DNA of 34,320 nucleotides, from NCBI GenBank assembly GCA_015492915.1, contig WGED01000695.1, positions 1 to 34,320 on the forward strand, written 5' to 3'. Origin of the DNA: Cyclobacteriaceae bacterium. GTDB lineage: Bacteria > Bacteroidota > Bacteroidia > Cytophagales > Cyclobacteriaceae. The position numbers and the translations under genes are program-made. Numbering within the stretch: the stretch's first letter is position 1; every line of letters begins with the position of its first letter. This document shows, piece after piece, positions 16,948 to 25,270 of this stretch. The notes below the pieces were generated by a model. It did no database searches. It was given only the letters and a program-made list of their open reading frames with translations, and was not told the DNA's origin.

Positions 16948-18531
16948 TTATCCATTCATGGAAACGAGGAACTCCTCGTTGCTTCTTGTCCCTTTCATTT
17001 TACTCAGCAGGAATTCCATGGCCTCTGTCGAGTTCATGTCAGACATGAATTTTCTCAGTATCCATACTCTTTGCAGGAACTCCTGATCGAGCAGCAGTTC
17101 TTCGCGCCTTGTACCGGAAGCCGGTACGTCGATGGCCGGATAGATGCGTTTGTTCGAGAGTTTTCTGTCAAGTACAAGTTCCATATTACCTGTTCCCTTG
17201 AATTCTTCAAAGATCACTTCATCCATCTTCGAACCTGTTTCGATCAGGGCTGTGGCAATAATGGTCAGCGAGCCGCCATTCTCGACATTCCTCGCAGCGC
17301 CAAAGAATCGCTTAGGCTTGTGGAGGGCATTGGCGTCGACACCACCTGATAATATTTTACCAGATGAAGGCACAACAGTGTTATGAGCGCGCGCCAGCCT
17401 TGTGATTGAGTCAAGCAAAATCACAACATCATGACCGCACTCAACCATTCTCTTGGCTTTTTCGAGTACGATACTTGCCACTTTCACATGTCGTTCAGCT
17501 TGTTCGTCGAAGGTAGATGAAATGACTTCGGCTTTTACGCTTCTCGCCATATCCGTTACTTCTTCCGGCCTTTCGTCGATGAGCAGGATTATGAGATAAA
17601 CCTCCGGATGATTCTCGGCAATGGCGTTGGCGATATTTTGCAACAGCACGGTTTTACCCGTCTTGGGTTGTGCCACAATCATACCCCGCTGGCCTTTTCC
17701 GATGGGAGCAAACATATCCAGAATCCTGGTTGAATAATTGCCCGGCGAAGTGCAGAGATTGATCTTTTCCTGCGGAAAGAGGGGCGTCAGATATTCAAAC
17801 GGTACCCTGTCCCGGATTTCATCCGTCGTCTTGCCGTTTACCGTCTCGACTCTGAGCAAGGCAAAATATTTTTCACCTTCTTTAGGAGGCCTTATCTGAC
17901 CTTTCACAGTGTCACCCGTTTTAAGACCGAAAAGCTTAATCTGCGATGGTGATACATAAATATCGTCAGGGCTGGCGAGATAGTTGTAATCAGAAGATCT
18001 CAAAAATCCATAGCCGTCCTGCATGATTTCCAGTACACCCTCATTTGCAATAGCGCCGTCAAATTCTTTGATATTCGCTTTAAACTTTTTCTGTTCGGGT
18101 TTTTCCGGCTCCGGTTCCTTGGCTTTTCTGACCTTTTCCGGTTGAGGGCTTTCTTTCTTTTTCGGCTTTGAACTGTCGGTATCGAACGAAACGATCGACG
18201 GGTCAAAATCCATGGAAAGCGATTGCAACAGTTCCTCCGGGCTCATTTCCGAGGCCTCCGCAGGCTTTTCCTCAGATGGCGCCGGAGGCTCTTCGGTCGT
18301 CTTTTTCACATTTTCACGCTTGATGCGGATTTTTCTCTTCTTCTCCTCCTTTACTTCCTCCTTTTTAGTTTCTTTAGGTGCAGGCTCTACGGGATTGGAA
18401 GCCTGAAAATCAAGGATTTTGTAGATAAGTTCTTTTTTGGGGAGTTTTTTGAAGTTTTTAAGCCCAAGCTCTTCTGCGATTTCTTTCAGTTCCGAAAGCA
18501 ATCGCACATTTAATTCTTGAATTGTGTACAT
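16948..18531 (-). CDS. rho: transcription termination factor Rho (with a ~110-aa charged insertion)
   Basis: 527 aa. N-terminal [27 protein letters not shown]-like [15 protein letters not shown], Walker A AQPKTGKT, and [10 protein letters not shown]. Residues ~44-155 are K/E/P-rich low-complexity sequence. Confidence 0.97.
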   Translation of the reverse strand: MYTIQELNVRLLSELKEIAEELGLKNFKKLPKKELIYKILDFQASNPVEPAPKETKKEEVKEEKKRKIRIKRENVKKTTEEPPAPSEEKPAEASEMSPEELLQSLSMDFDPSIVSFDTDSSKPKKKESPQPEKVRKAKEPEPEKPEQKKFKANIKEFDGAIANEGVLEIMQDGYGFLRSSDYNYLASPDDIYVSPSQIKLFGLKTGDTVKGQIRPPKEGEKYFALLRVETVNGKTTDEIRDRVPFEYLTPLFPQEKINLCTSPGNYSTRILDMFAPIGKGQRGMIVAQPKTGKTVLLQNIANAIAENHPEVYLIILLIDERPEEVTDMARSVKAEVISSTFDEQAERHVKVASIVLEKAKRMVECGHDVVILLDSITRLARAHNTVVPSSGKILSGGVDANALHKPKRFFGAARNVENGGSLTIIATALIETGSKMDEVIFEEFKGTGNMELVLDRKLSNKRIYPAIDVPASGTRREELLLDQEFLQRVWILRKFMSDMNSTEAMEFLLSKMKGTRSNEEFLVSMNG

Positions 18532-18775
18532 ATTTTAATAGAAATCTCTCGTGAGATTACACATTGATAAAATGAAATAATAAAGTGATACCTGATTTAG
18601 GTTATTAAATAGAAAATGAAATTCTTAGGGATTTACCTAAAAGTAAAAAATCTATTTGAAGATAATTTATGCAAGTATAGACTACTCAATCTTTTTAATC
18701 AAGTATTTAGGATAAATTTCGTCCGGCACTGCTTGTTTATTGTTAAAAAGTGCATTTTGATTGACTAAAATCACC

Positions 18776-18783
18776 TACATTTG
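18776..18783 (+). promoter_or_regulatory. candidate Bacteroidota -7 promoter box (TAcaTTTG) for serS
   Basis: Matches the TAnnTTTG consensus 16 nt upstream of ATG 18799. It overlaps the TTG at 18781, which argues against that start. Confidence 0.4.
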
Positions 18784-18798
18784 CCAAAAATTTTTGAA

Positions 18799-20073
18799 AT
18801 GTTACGAATTGCAGACATAAAAAAAGACAAGAAGAGGATCATTGCCGGTTTGGCGAAAAAAAGGGTTGAAAATGCCCGGGAAGTCATAGAAGACCTTTTG
18901 ATGCTCGACGAACAGCGCAGGCACACGCAGGCCGAACTGGACAGTGTACTGAACGAATCAAAAACGATTTCAAAGCAGATAGGCGCCCTGATGAAAGCGG
19001 GTGACAGGGAAGGGGCGGAACAGGCCAAACAACAAACAGGCGCCCTGAAAGCCCGCAGCAAGAGCTTGCAGGAACAGTTGAGAAATATCGAAGAAAAACT
19101 TATCCGGCGCCTGTATAATATTCCTAACGCTGCCAATGAAAAAGTGCCGGAAGGTGCGACACCTGAAGACAATGTAGTGGTGCTGGAGCATGGCGCCGTG
19201 CCGCAATTGCCCGAAGGAGCCCTGCCGCACTGGGAGCTGATCGAAAAGTATGATATCATCGACTTTGAGTTGGGTAACAAGATCACAGGCGCGGGATTCC
19301 CTGTTTATAAAGGTAAAGGCGCCAAACTGCAGCGTGCACTCATCAATTTTTTTCTGCATGAGGCTGAAAAGGCGGGCTATCTGGAGATACAGCCTCCCGT
19401 TATCATTAATTCCGATTCCGGCTACGGCACGGGACAGCTCCCTGACAAGGAAGGGCAGATGTACGGCATCGTGGATAGTGACCTGTATCTGATCCCGACT
19501 GCCGAGGTGCCCATTACCAACCTGTACCGTAATGTAATTATGAAAGATGAACAATTACCTGTGATGAACGTGGGCTACACCCCCTGCTTCAGGCGTGAGG
19601 CGGGCTCATGGGGCGCCCATGTCCGTGGGCTCAACAGGCTGCACCAGTTCGACAAGGTGGAGATCGTGCAGATCAGAAAGCCGGAGGAATCATATCAGGC
19701 ATTGGAGGAGATGTGCGTCTATGTGGAAGGCCTGCTCGAAAAGCTCGAACTGCCATTCAGGAAAGTACTGCTGTGCGGTGGCGATCTTGGCTTCACATCT
19801 GCGATCACCTATGACATGGAGGTCTTTTCTGCCGCACAAAACAAATGGCTGGAAGTGAGTTCTATCAGCAATTTTGAAACATACCAGGCCAACAGACTGA
19901 AGCTGAGGTATAAAACTACAGAAGGTAAAACAGAGTTGTTGCATACACTCAATGGCAGCGCTTTGGCATTGCCGCGCATTGTGGCGGCTATCCTCGAAAA
20001 CAACCAGTCTGGAGAGGGTATCCGTGTACCGGAAGTGCTGCAACCATACACTGGATTTGATGCGATCGATTGA
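18799..20073 (+). CDS. serS: serine--tRNA ligase
   Basis: 424 aa from ATG 18799 (MLRIADIKKDKKRI...), with a coiled-coil N-terminal arm. Class II motifs: FRREAGS (motif 2 region) and NGSALALPRIVAAILENNQ (motif 3). Confidence 0.97.
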   Translation: MLRIADIKKDKKRIIAGLAKKRVENAREVIEDLLMLDEQRRHTQAELDSVLNESKTISKQIGALMKAGDREGAEQAKQQTGALKARSKSLQEQLRNIEEKLIRRLYNIPNAANEKVPEGATPEDNVVVLEHGAVPQLPEGALPHWELIEKYDIIDFELGNKITGAGFPVYKGKGAKLQRALINFFLHEAEKAGYLEIQPPVIINSDSGYGTGQLPDKEGQMYGIVDSDLYLIPTAEVPITNLYRNVIMKDEQLPVMNVGYTPCFRREAGSWGAHVRGLNRLHQFDKVEIVQIRKPEESYQALEEMCVYVEGLLEKLELPFRKVLLCGGDLGFTSAITYDMEVFSAAQNKWLEVSSISNFETYQANRLKLRYKTTEGKTELLHTLNGSALALPRIVAAILENNQSGEGIRVPEVLQPYTGFDAID

Positions 20074-20087
20074 GAATTATATGATTC

Positions 20088-20109
20088 TCATGAAGAAATC
20101 ATGATTTTT
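20088..20109. terminator. weak hairpin + T5 between convergent serS and the DUF4286 gene (copy 3 region of the 24-nt motif)
   Basis: TCATGA-agaaa-TCATGA (self-complementary hexamers) followed by TTTTT. It lies in the 46-nt convergent gap. Confidence 0.35.
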
Positions 20110-20119
20110 CGAATGCAAC

Positions 20120-20425
20120 TCAATCAACCGATTCGAGCAAGGTCATAAATGATACATGCTTATAGCGGAAAGTCTCATTATGTTTCCTGGTGATTTTCCG
20201 GGCATATTGCTCCAAATACCTGTCCGCCTTGTCGAGCGAATCGGTGAAAAATTGCAGGGAATATGTAAACCCTTCATTTTCGGTTTCATTGAGCAGTCTG
20301 AACAGCTTGTGCCCCGAAAATAACCCCGTTTCCATGACAAACGGGATATATTCTTCCCGTATCCAGCGGAGCCACTCATCCCTGATCTCCGGTTCAATAT
20401 TGAAAGTGATATTATAAAGATGCAT
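20120..20425 (-). CDS. DUF4286-family protein
   Basis: 101 aa. The pattern MHLYNITFNIEPEIRDEWLRWIREEYIPFVMETGLF and the size match the DUF4286 family common in Bacteroidota. Confidence 0.78.
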   Translation of the reverse strand: MHLYNITFNIEPEIRDEWLRWIREEYIPFVMETGLFSGHKLFRLLNETENEGFTYSLQFFTDSLDKADRYLEQYARKITRKHNETFRYKHVSFMTLLESVD

Positions 20426-20610
20426 ATGTCATGAGAATTTGGGCAAAATTGCTAAATATTCATGGCAATCAAAAGGGCAGGGGTTGTCACTGTGGCGGAT
20501 ATCGGATCATTCTCAAAATCTCATAAATCATTCAAAAAATTTCATACACTCTCTGCGATCATTAATCCGTAAATTAAGGTATCACTCACGATTCCTTAAA
20601 CAATTGAAAA

Positions 20611-20931
20611 ATGATTGAAGACGAGCTAAGAATACTGACAGTTGAATCAGGTAATGATATTACCATGAAACAACATGAAATGATTGCGGAACGGTTTAAT
20701 TCCATGGTCGGGATTAAACTGCGTAGTTGCAGCCGCCGTACTATTAAAATCGAATATTTTGCCCATCTTTTCAGTGAACAGGCTGTTCGGGAAGAGCTGA
20801 GTAGTCTGGGGATAACCTTTAAAAAGAAAAGAAAAGGAAACCTTTTCGAAAGGTTATTGAATTCCATCACTAAGGATAATGTAAAAGCATTCGGCGGTAA
20901 AAGAATCGACTGCTGCGACCTGAATCCATGA
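20611..20931 (+). CDS. hypothetical protein (106 aa) with a C-terminal Cys-Cys motif
   Basis: ATG-initiated ORF in a gap with no competing ORF. The composition is coding-like. It ends ...FGGKRIDCCDLNP. No family recognised. Confidence 0.55.
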   Translation: MIEDELRILTVESGNDITMKQHEMIAERFNSMVGIKLRSCSRRTIKIEYFAHLFSEQAVREELSSLGITFKKKRKGNLFERLLNSITKDNVKAFGGKRIDCCDLNP

Positions 20932-21142
20932 ATCTGAATTTCACAGAGGCGTCATGAGAAAATGGCAATTTTTTGTGCTGGCGGGAAGGAGATTTCCACG
21001 CGGGGGTCTTTCCTTTCCGACTCAGATCAATAATGACCCTTTTCTCATAGCCCGGCTTTGAGGGCCACAAAAGATTATTGAAAAAAAGCTTTGTTCGTCA
21101 ATGCTTTAAGCGTTTCATTAATTATCTCCCGAATTATTCGGG

Positions 21143-23566
21143 TTAATCCTTTGTCACCCTGCTACCGGCAGTCTTTTCGATCTCTACACTGGCATTGCCG
21201 CGATAATGTACATTACTGGCGCCCTTAGCGTCAATGGTCAGTCGCTTTTTAGCATATACCCTGGCCGACGATGCACTTCTGGTCTCAATATTTACCTCGT
21301 CGGCTATGAAATCGTATGATTCGAGGGTTGAGGCGCCACTGATTTTTGCTGTCAGTTTTTCGCCCTGGCCCGTTAGCCTGAGTTTGGCTGCGCCATCCAC
21401 TTCTGCATCGAGGTAGTCGGTTTTTATATCCATCTCTGCATAAGCAGCCCCCGACATTTTGATATCGATCATGTCTTCTTCAATACCACTGATATAAGCC
21501 CTGCTGGCACCTCCGAGATTGATCGCTTTGAGTTCGGGCACAACAATATAAATCTTGACGGGATTTTCCTTTCTCTTTTTGAAAATTGATTCAGGCCCTC
21601 TGTAGTCCAGGGATAATGTGTTCTCTGTTTTGTCCACAATCACATCGTTCACCATATCTTTTGGGCCGTTGATGATGAGCTCATGGCCGGAACCTTGTTT
21701 AATATATAGTGTAAAAGGAATACTCGTGATCACTTCCGTAAATCTGCCCACGTCGTAATTTCGCTGATAACCTTTTATGTCCCAGCTTGTTTTGTCACCG
21801 GTATCAGCCTTGCTTTCTTCAGGCTCAGGGCAGGTAATGCATTTCAGCCCTTTTTCATCAAAGGTCCAAACATTATCCCTGAGCATCCTGTTGCTGTATC
21901 CCTGGCGATACATATAAATGCCGAGCAAATGTTTCAGATTTTCATCAATAACAAATTTCTGTCCTTTGGGGATGTAAAGCGTCATGTTAAGGTGTTGATT
22001 TCTGAATCCCGCCCCTTCACCGAAGTTGAGCATTGAGTTGAATAAAAAGACGGAATCCTGCACTTCGACATTATATATGATCTTTTTGGCATTTTCAACG
22101 GCTTCTTCCCGCGTTTTGCCTTTGGCATAATAATTTTGTTCGAGCATGATTACGGAGTCATCCGCCGGTTTGATGGTGAGCGAAATAAGCTCAAACTGAT
22201 CCTCTCCGATATCATTAAAACGTAAAATCGCCGTTTTCCCATGGAGGTCATAGTTCTTAACGGTAGTGTATTTCCCGTCCATGCGGAAATTACTGATATA
22301 GCGGGGTACGGTGAAGCTGAGCACGATCACGCTGATAAGCCAGAGTGCAAGCAGCGACCAGTTTATTTTTGAGTTTACCACATTCCGTTTCATAATAATT
22401 ATGAGTCCGAGCAAGGCGAGGTAGAAAGACATGATGCCCAATACTACCGATAGAGCGATGCCGGAAATGAGTCCTACATCATTTTTAATCACCTCAAGGG
22501 GGTAGAGGACATTGAGATCGCTCCCGGCGAACAGTCCTATCATGATGCCACTGGTGATGAGTATAGCCAGGATACCGCTCAGCCCTGCCAAAGTAAGTAT
22601 CACACCGAATATCACCCTGATCGCTTCGACAAGGAACAACATAAACGGACCGAGGGCCTTGGATAAAAAGCCAAACAGGGCTGCGATCAATCTGAACGGG
22701 AAAAGGAATATTTTCACGAATATATTTTCCTCGCCTTCTTCCACCTTCAGGCTCTTCTTAATGTTAGACTCAATGCTACTCAGTGTGACGGGCTGCCCCT
22801 GCATTTCCATTTTATCCGTTAGGGTTTTTGCCTCAGGCAGTATGATCCAGAGCAATATGTAGAGGATCAGCCCCGTACCTGCAAAGAATATGCTGATGAA
22901 AAACAACAGTCTGACAATGACTACATCGATACCGAAATATGCCGCAATACCTCCCGATACGCCGCCCAGCACTTTGTTGTCCGGATCGCGGTACATTTTT
23001 TTAATCTTCTTTTTCTCAACTAAGTCATCCGAAGGCGGGATGATGATCCACATTACTATATAACCGAGCAGCAATACCCCACCGATGGAAGGTAATTTGG
23101 ATACTCCGAAAAACAGCAGCATGTAGATAAGCCTGATCCACAACGGATCAATGCTGAAGTAGTAGGCAATGCCTGAGAGCACACCGGCGAGCAATTTCCT
23201 TTTTGTATCACGGTACAATCGTTTCGGTTCCTGCACCACCTGCGGCCCTTCTTCCTGAGTTTCTTCCTCTTCATCCATTCTGTATGTACTTTCCTCCTCA
23301 GCGGCCTGAAAATCTTTGATGCTTCCCATCGTCGCTATCAGCGATTCGACATCTTCCTTTTCGATTACCTGCTTGCCGCCCTCCTTGAGCTTTGAGAGAA
23401 AAATCTCAGCGATGCGCGTCTCAATGTCAGAGATGATTTCGAGGCTGTCTTCAAAAGTAGAGAAATATCTGTTGATGGATTCGAGGTATTCTTTGAGTTG
23501 GTCGTAGCCGTCTTCTTCTATGTGAAATATAATACCGCTTATGTTGATACTGATATTCTTTTTCAT
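21143..23566 (-). CDS. PspC-domain membrane protein (two PspC domains, multi-TM block, C-terminal DUF2807/DUF4097-like beta-helix)
   Basis: 807 aa. PspC repeats LYRDTKRKLLAGVLSGIAYYFSIDPLWIRLIYMLLFF and MYRDPDNKVLGGVSGGIAAYFGIDVVIVRLLFFISIFF. The C-terminus has repetitive G-A-S/A strands (LGGASRAYISG, MSGAAYAEMD, VDGAAKLRLTG, ISGASTLESY, AKGASNVHYRG). It lies 8 nt downstream of padR. Confidence 0.9.
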   Translation of the reverse strand: MKKNISINISGIIFHIEEDGYDQLKEYLESINRYFSTFEDSLEIISDIETRIAEIFLSKLKEGGKQVIEKEDVESLIATMGSIKDFQAAEEESTYRMDEEEETQEEGPQVVQEPKRLYRDTKRKLLAGVLSGIAYYFSIDPLWIRLIYMLLFFGVSKLPSIGGVLLLGYIVMWIIIPPSDDLVEKKKIKKMYRDPDNKVLGGVSGGIAAYFGIDVVIVRLLFFISIFFAGTGLILYILLWIILPEAKTLTDKMEMQGQPVTLSSIESNIKKSLKVEEGEENIFVKIFLFPFRLIAALFGFLSKALGPFMLFLVEAIRVIFGVILTLAGLSGILAILITSGIMIGLFAGSDLNVLYPLEVIKNDVGLISGIALSVVLGIMSFYLALLGLIIIMKRNVVNSKINWSLLALWLISVIVLSFTVPRYISNFRMDGKYTTVKNYDLHGKTAILRFNDIGEDQFELISLTIKPADDSVIMLEQNYYAKGKTREEAVENAKKIIYNVEVQDSVFLFNSMLNFGEGAGFRNQHLNMTLYIPKGQKFVIDENLKHLLGIYMYRQGYSNRMLRDNVWTFDEKGLKCITCPEPEESKADTGDKTSWDIKGYQRNYDVGRFTEVITSIPFTLYIKQGSGHELIINGPKDMVNDVIVDKTENTLSLDYRGPESIFKKRKENPVKIYIVVPELKAINLGGASRAYISGIEEDMIDIKMSGAAYAEMDIKTDYLDAEVDGAAKLRLTGQGEKLTAKISGASTLESYDFIADEVNIETRSASSARVYAKKRLTIDAKGASNVHYRGNASVEIEKTAGSRVTKD

Positions 23567-23574
23567 CTTTATGG

Positions 23575-23925
23575 TTATTTAGAGGAATCTTTCTTTACTG
23601 ACGATTTAATGATCTTATTGGTTGAATCTACCAGCTCTTTCCACGTTTTGTCGAGCTGGCTCAAAAATTCACTGCCTTTATTTGTGAGCGTATAATACTT
23701 TCGTGGCGGGCCCGAAGTGGATTCCACCCATTTATATTCGACCAGTCCCGCTTTGCGCAGTCTTGTCAGTAATGGGTATAATGTGCCCTCCACCACAATG
23801 ATCCTAGCCGATGTCAGCTCTTCGAGCATGTCCGAGGCATATACTTCACCCCTCGAAATTATGTGTAAAATACAAAATTCGAGGATGCCTTTTCTCATTT
23901 GTACCTGCGTGTTTTCAACCTTCAT
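23575..23925 (-). CDS. PadR-family transcriptional regulator
   Basis: 116 aa. ILEFCILHIISRGEVYASDMLEEL...EGTLYPLLTRLRKAGLVEYKW is the PadR winged-helix signature. Confidence 0.92.
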   Translation of the reverse strand: MKVENTQVQMRKGILEFCILHIISRGEVYASDMLEELTSARIIVVEGTLYPLLTRLRKAGLVEYKWVESTSGPPRKYYTLTNKGSEFLSQLDKTWKELVDSTNKIIKSSVKKDSSK

Positions 23926-23966
23926 CTCATTTTTTTTAATATGTTCTCATTACAATGTTACGGAAT

Positions 23967-23989
23967 AGTACCTTGTATGGCCAGGTACT
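23967..23989. promoter_or_regulatory. inverted repeat AGTACCT-N9-AGGTACT, candidate PadR operator
   Basis: Perfect 7-bp arms, 42 nt upstream of the padR start in the divergent padR / porV-like intergenic region. Confidence 0.35.
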
Positions 23990-24004
23990 AAGTAAAAAAT
24001 ATTA

Positions 24005-24058
24005 GCTTGTATTAAAAAATCTTAGTATAATACAATGAAAACAAAACAAAATACAAGC
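24005..24058. promoter_or_regulatory. nested inverted/direct repeats built on GCTTGTATTA / TAATACAA / AATACAAGC
   Basis: TTGTATTA (24007-24014) pairs with TAATACAA (24028-24035). GCTTGTATT (24005-24013) pairs with AATACAAGC (24050-24058). Confidence 0.3.
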
Positions 24059-24150
24059 ATTGTGATTGGCAGATTGCTTTTTTTACAAAATTACCAGAGC
24101 GAGAGGTTACAGAATATTGACGTCAGAGATAAAAAATATCCTGATGTTAT

Positions 24151-24158
24151 TACTTTTG
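24151..24158 (+). promoter_or_regulatory. candidate -7 promoter box (TActTTTG) for the porV-like/porU-like operon
   Basis: Matches TAnnTTTG 26 nt upstream of the TTG start at 24184. Confidence 0.35.
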
Positions 24159-24183
24159 TAACAATACCAAACAAGCGACGGGG

Positions 24184-25263
24184 TTGAGGAGCCTTTACCT
24201 GATATTTTTCGTGTTTTTCTCTTTCACTGTATTTGGGCAGATCACTGCACCAAAGTACAGTAATGAATTTTTGTCGATAGGTGTAGGGGCCAGGGCACTC
24301 GGCATGTCAAATAGTGTCGTGTCGAATGTGTCGGATGGGACGGCGGTGTACTGGAATCCGGCGGGGCTGTTGTCAATCCCCGATAAATATGAAGTCAATC
24401 TCATGCATGCGGAGTACTTTGCAGGCATCGCCAATTATGATTTCCTCAGTTTTGCTATGCCGATCGACACAGTGAGCCATTTAGGGTTCAGTATCATCAG
24501 GTTTGGCATAGATGACATTCCTGACACCCGCTTTCTCTATGATGCCAATGGCAGCATCAACTACGACAAAATCCGCTTTTTTTCTGCGGCTGACTATGCT
24601 TTTCTCTTTTCATATGCCCGCCGGCTTCCGATACTCGGAGGCATAAGTTTGGCAGGCAATTTCAAGGTAGTACATCGCTCCGTGGGTGATTTTGCCTCGG
24701 CATGGGGCTTCGGGCTCGATGTCGGAGCACAAAAGGTTATAGGCTCATGGCAGCTGGGATTGATGCTTCGCGACATTACCGGAACATTTAATGCATGGTC
24801 TCACAATGCTTCTCTCGTCGAGGATGTGTATGCCCTTACGGGAAATATTATCCCTGTCTCTTCCATCGAGGTCACCTTGCCGAGAATGATCTTCGGCGTC
24901 ACAAAGAATTTTGAGTTTGGGGACAGGTTCGGAATACTCGCTGCCGCTGATCTTGAGTTTACTTTCGACGGCAAACGCAATGTTGCCATCAAAACGGATG
25001 TATTTTCAATCAATCCGATGGTCGGTGTTGAGATGAATTATGCAAAGATCGCTTATGTGCGACTGGGAGCCGGTCGGTTTCAGCGCGTTGAAGGATTCAG
25101 AAGCAATGCCTACACTTCATGGCAACCTAATTTTGGCCTTGGTATAAAGATAAAAGTGCTCAGGATCGATTATGCGATGACCGATTTTTCAGACAGCGCA
25201 GAATCACTCTATTCTCATGTTTTCTCTCTGGCTGTTAGGTTTAATGACAAAAAAGATAAATGA
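24184..25263 (+). CDS. PorV/PorQ-family outer-membrane beta-barrel protein (T9SS shuttle-like)
   Basis: 359 aa with signal peptide MRSLYLIFFVFFSFTVFGQ. The pattern FLSIGVGARALGMSNSVV...AVYWNPAGL resembles the conserved PorV/LptO N-terminal motif. Alternating beta-strand pattern with an aromatic C-terminus region. The TTG start is inferred because the open frame has no in-frame ATG upstream. Confidence 0.8.
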   Translation: MRSLYLIFFVFFSFTVFGQITAPKYSNEFLSIGVGARALGMSNSVVSNVSDGTAVYWNPAGLLSIPDKYEVNLMHAEYFAGIANYDFLSFAMPIDTVSHLGFSIIRFGIDDIPDTRFLYDANGSINYDKIRFFSAADYAFLFSYARRLPILGGISLAGNFKVVHRSVGDFASAWGFGLDVGAQKVIGSWQLGLMLRDITGTFNAWSHNASLVEDVYALTGNIIPVSSIEVTLPRMIFGVTKNFEFGDRFGILAAADLEFTFDGKRNVAIKTDVFSINPMVGVEMNYAKIAYVRLGAGRFQRVEGFRSNAYTSWQPNFGLGIKIKVLRIDYAMTDFSDSAESLYSHVFSLAVRFNDKKDK

Positions 25264-25270
25264 CGACTGC

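Noticed and set aside
16915-17349. 144-aa + strand ORF overlapping the rho 3' half (plus two shorter ones at 16854 and 16889)
   Set aside because: They are antisense to rho and begin inside the terminator region. The composition is not protein-like.
18781-18798. TTG start for serS suggested by the ORF track
   Set aside because: The ATG at 18799 gives the canonical SerS N-terminus and length (424 aa). A TAcaTTTG -7 box overlaps the TTG.
18771-19554. Two long minus-strand ORFs (171 and 194 aa) opposite serS
   Set aside because: They are fully antisense to a confidently identified serS. Their translations are low-complexity (Ser/Cys/Arg/Leu-rich) with no recognisable motif. This is typical shadow-ORF behaviour.
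20870-21070. 66-aa minus-strand ORF downstream of the 106-aa gene
   Set aside because: It overlaps the 3' end of the 106-aa gene. The translation is basic and low-complexity, with no signal or motif.
25217-25270. 18-codon upstream extension of the C25 peptidase ORF overlapping the porV-like gene
   Set aside because: The ATG at 25271 gives a canonical signal peptide (MRKRLKILVFFIAGWPLVSQSQ) and a 7-nt intercistronic gap. The extension lies inside the upstream gene.
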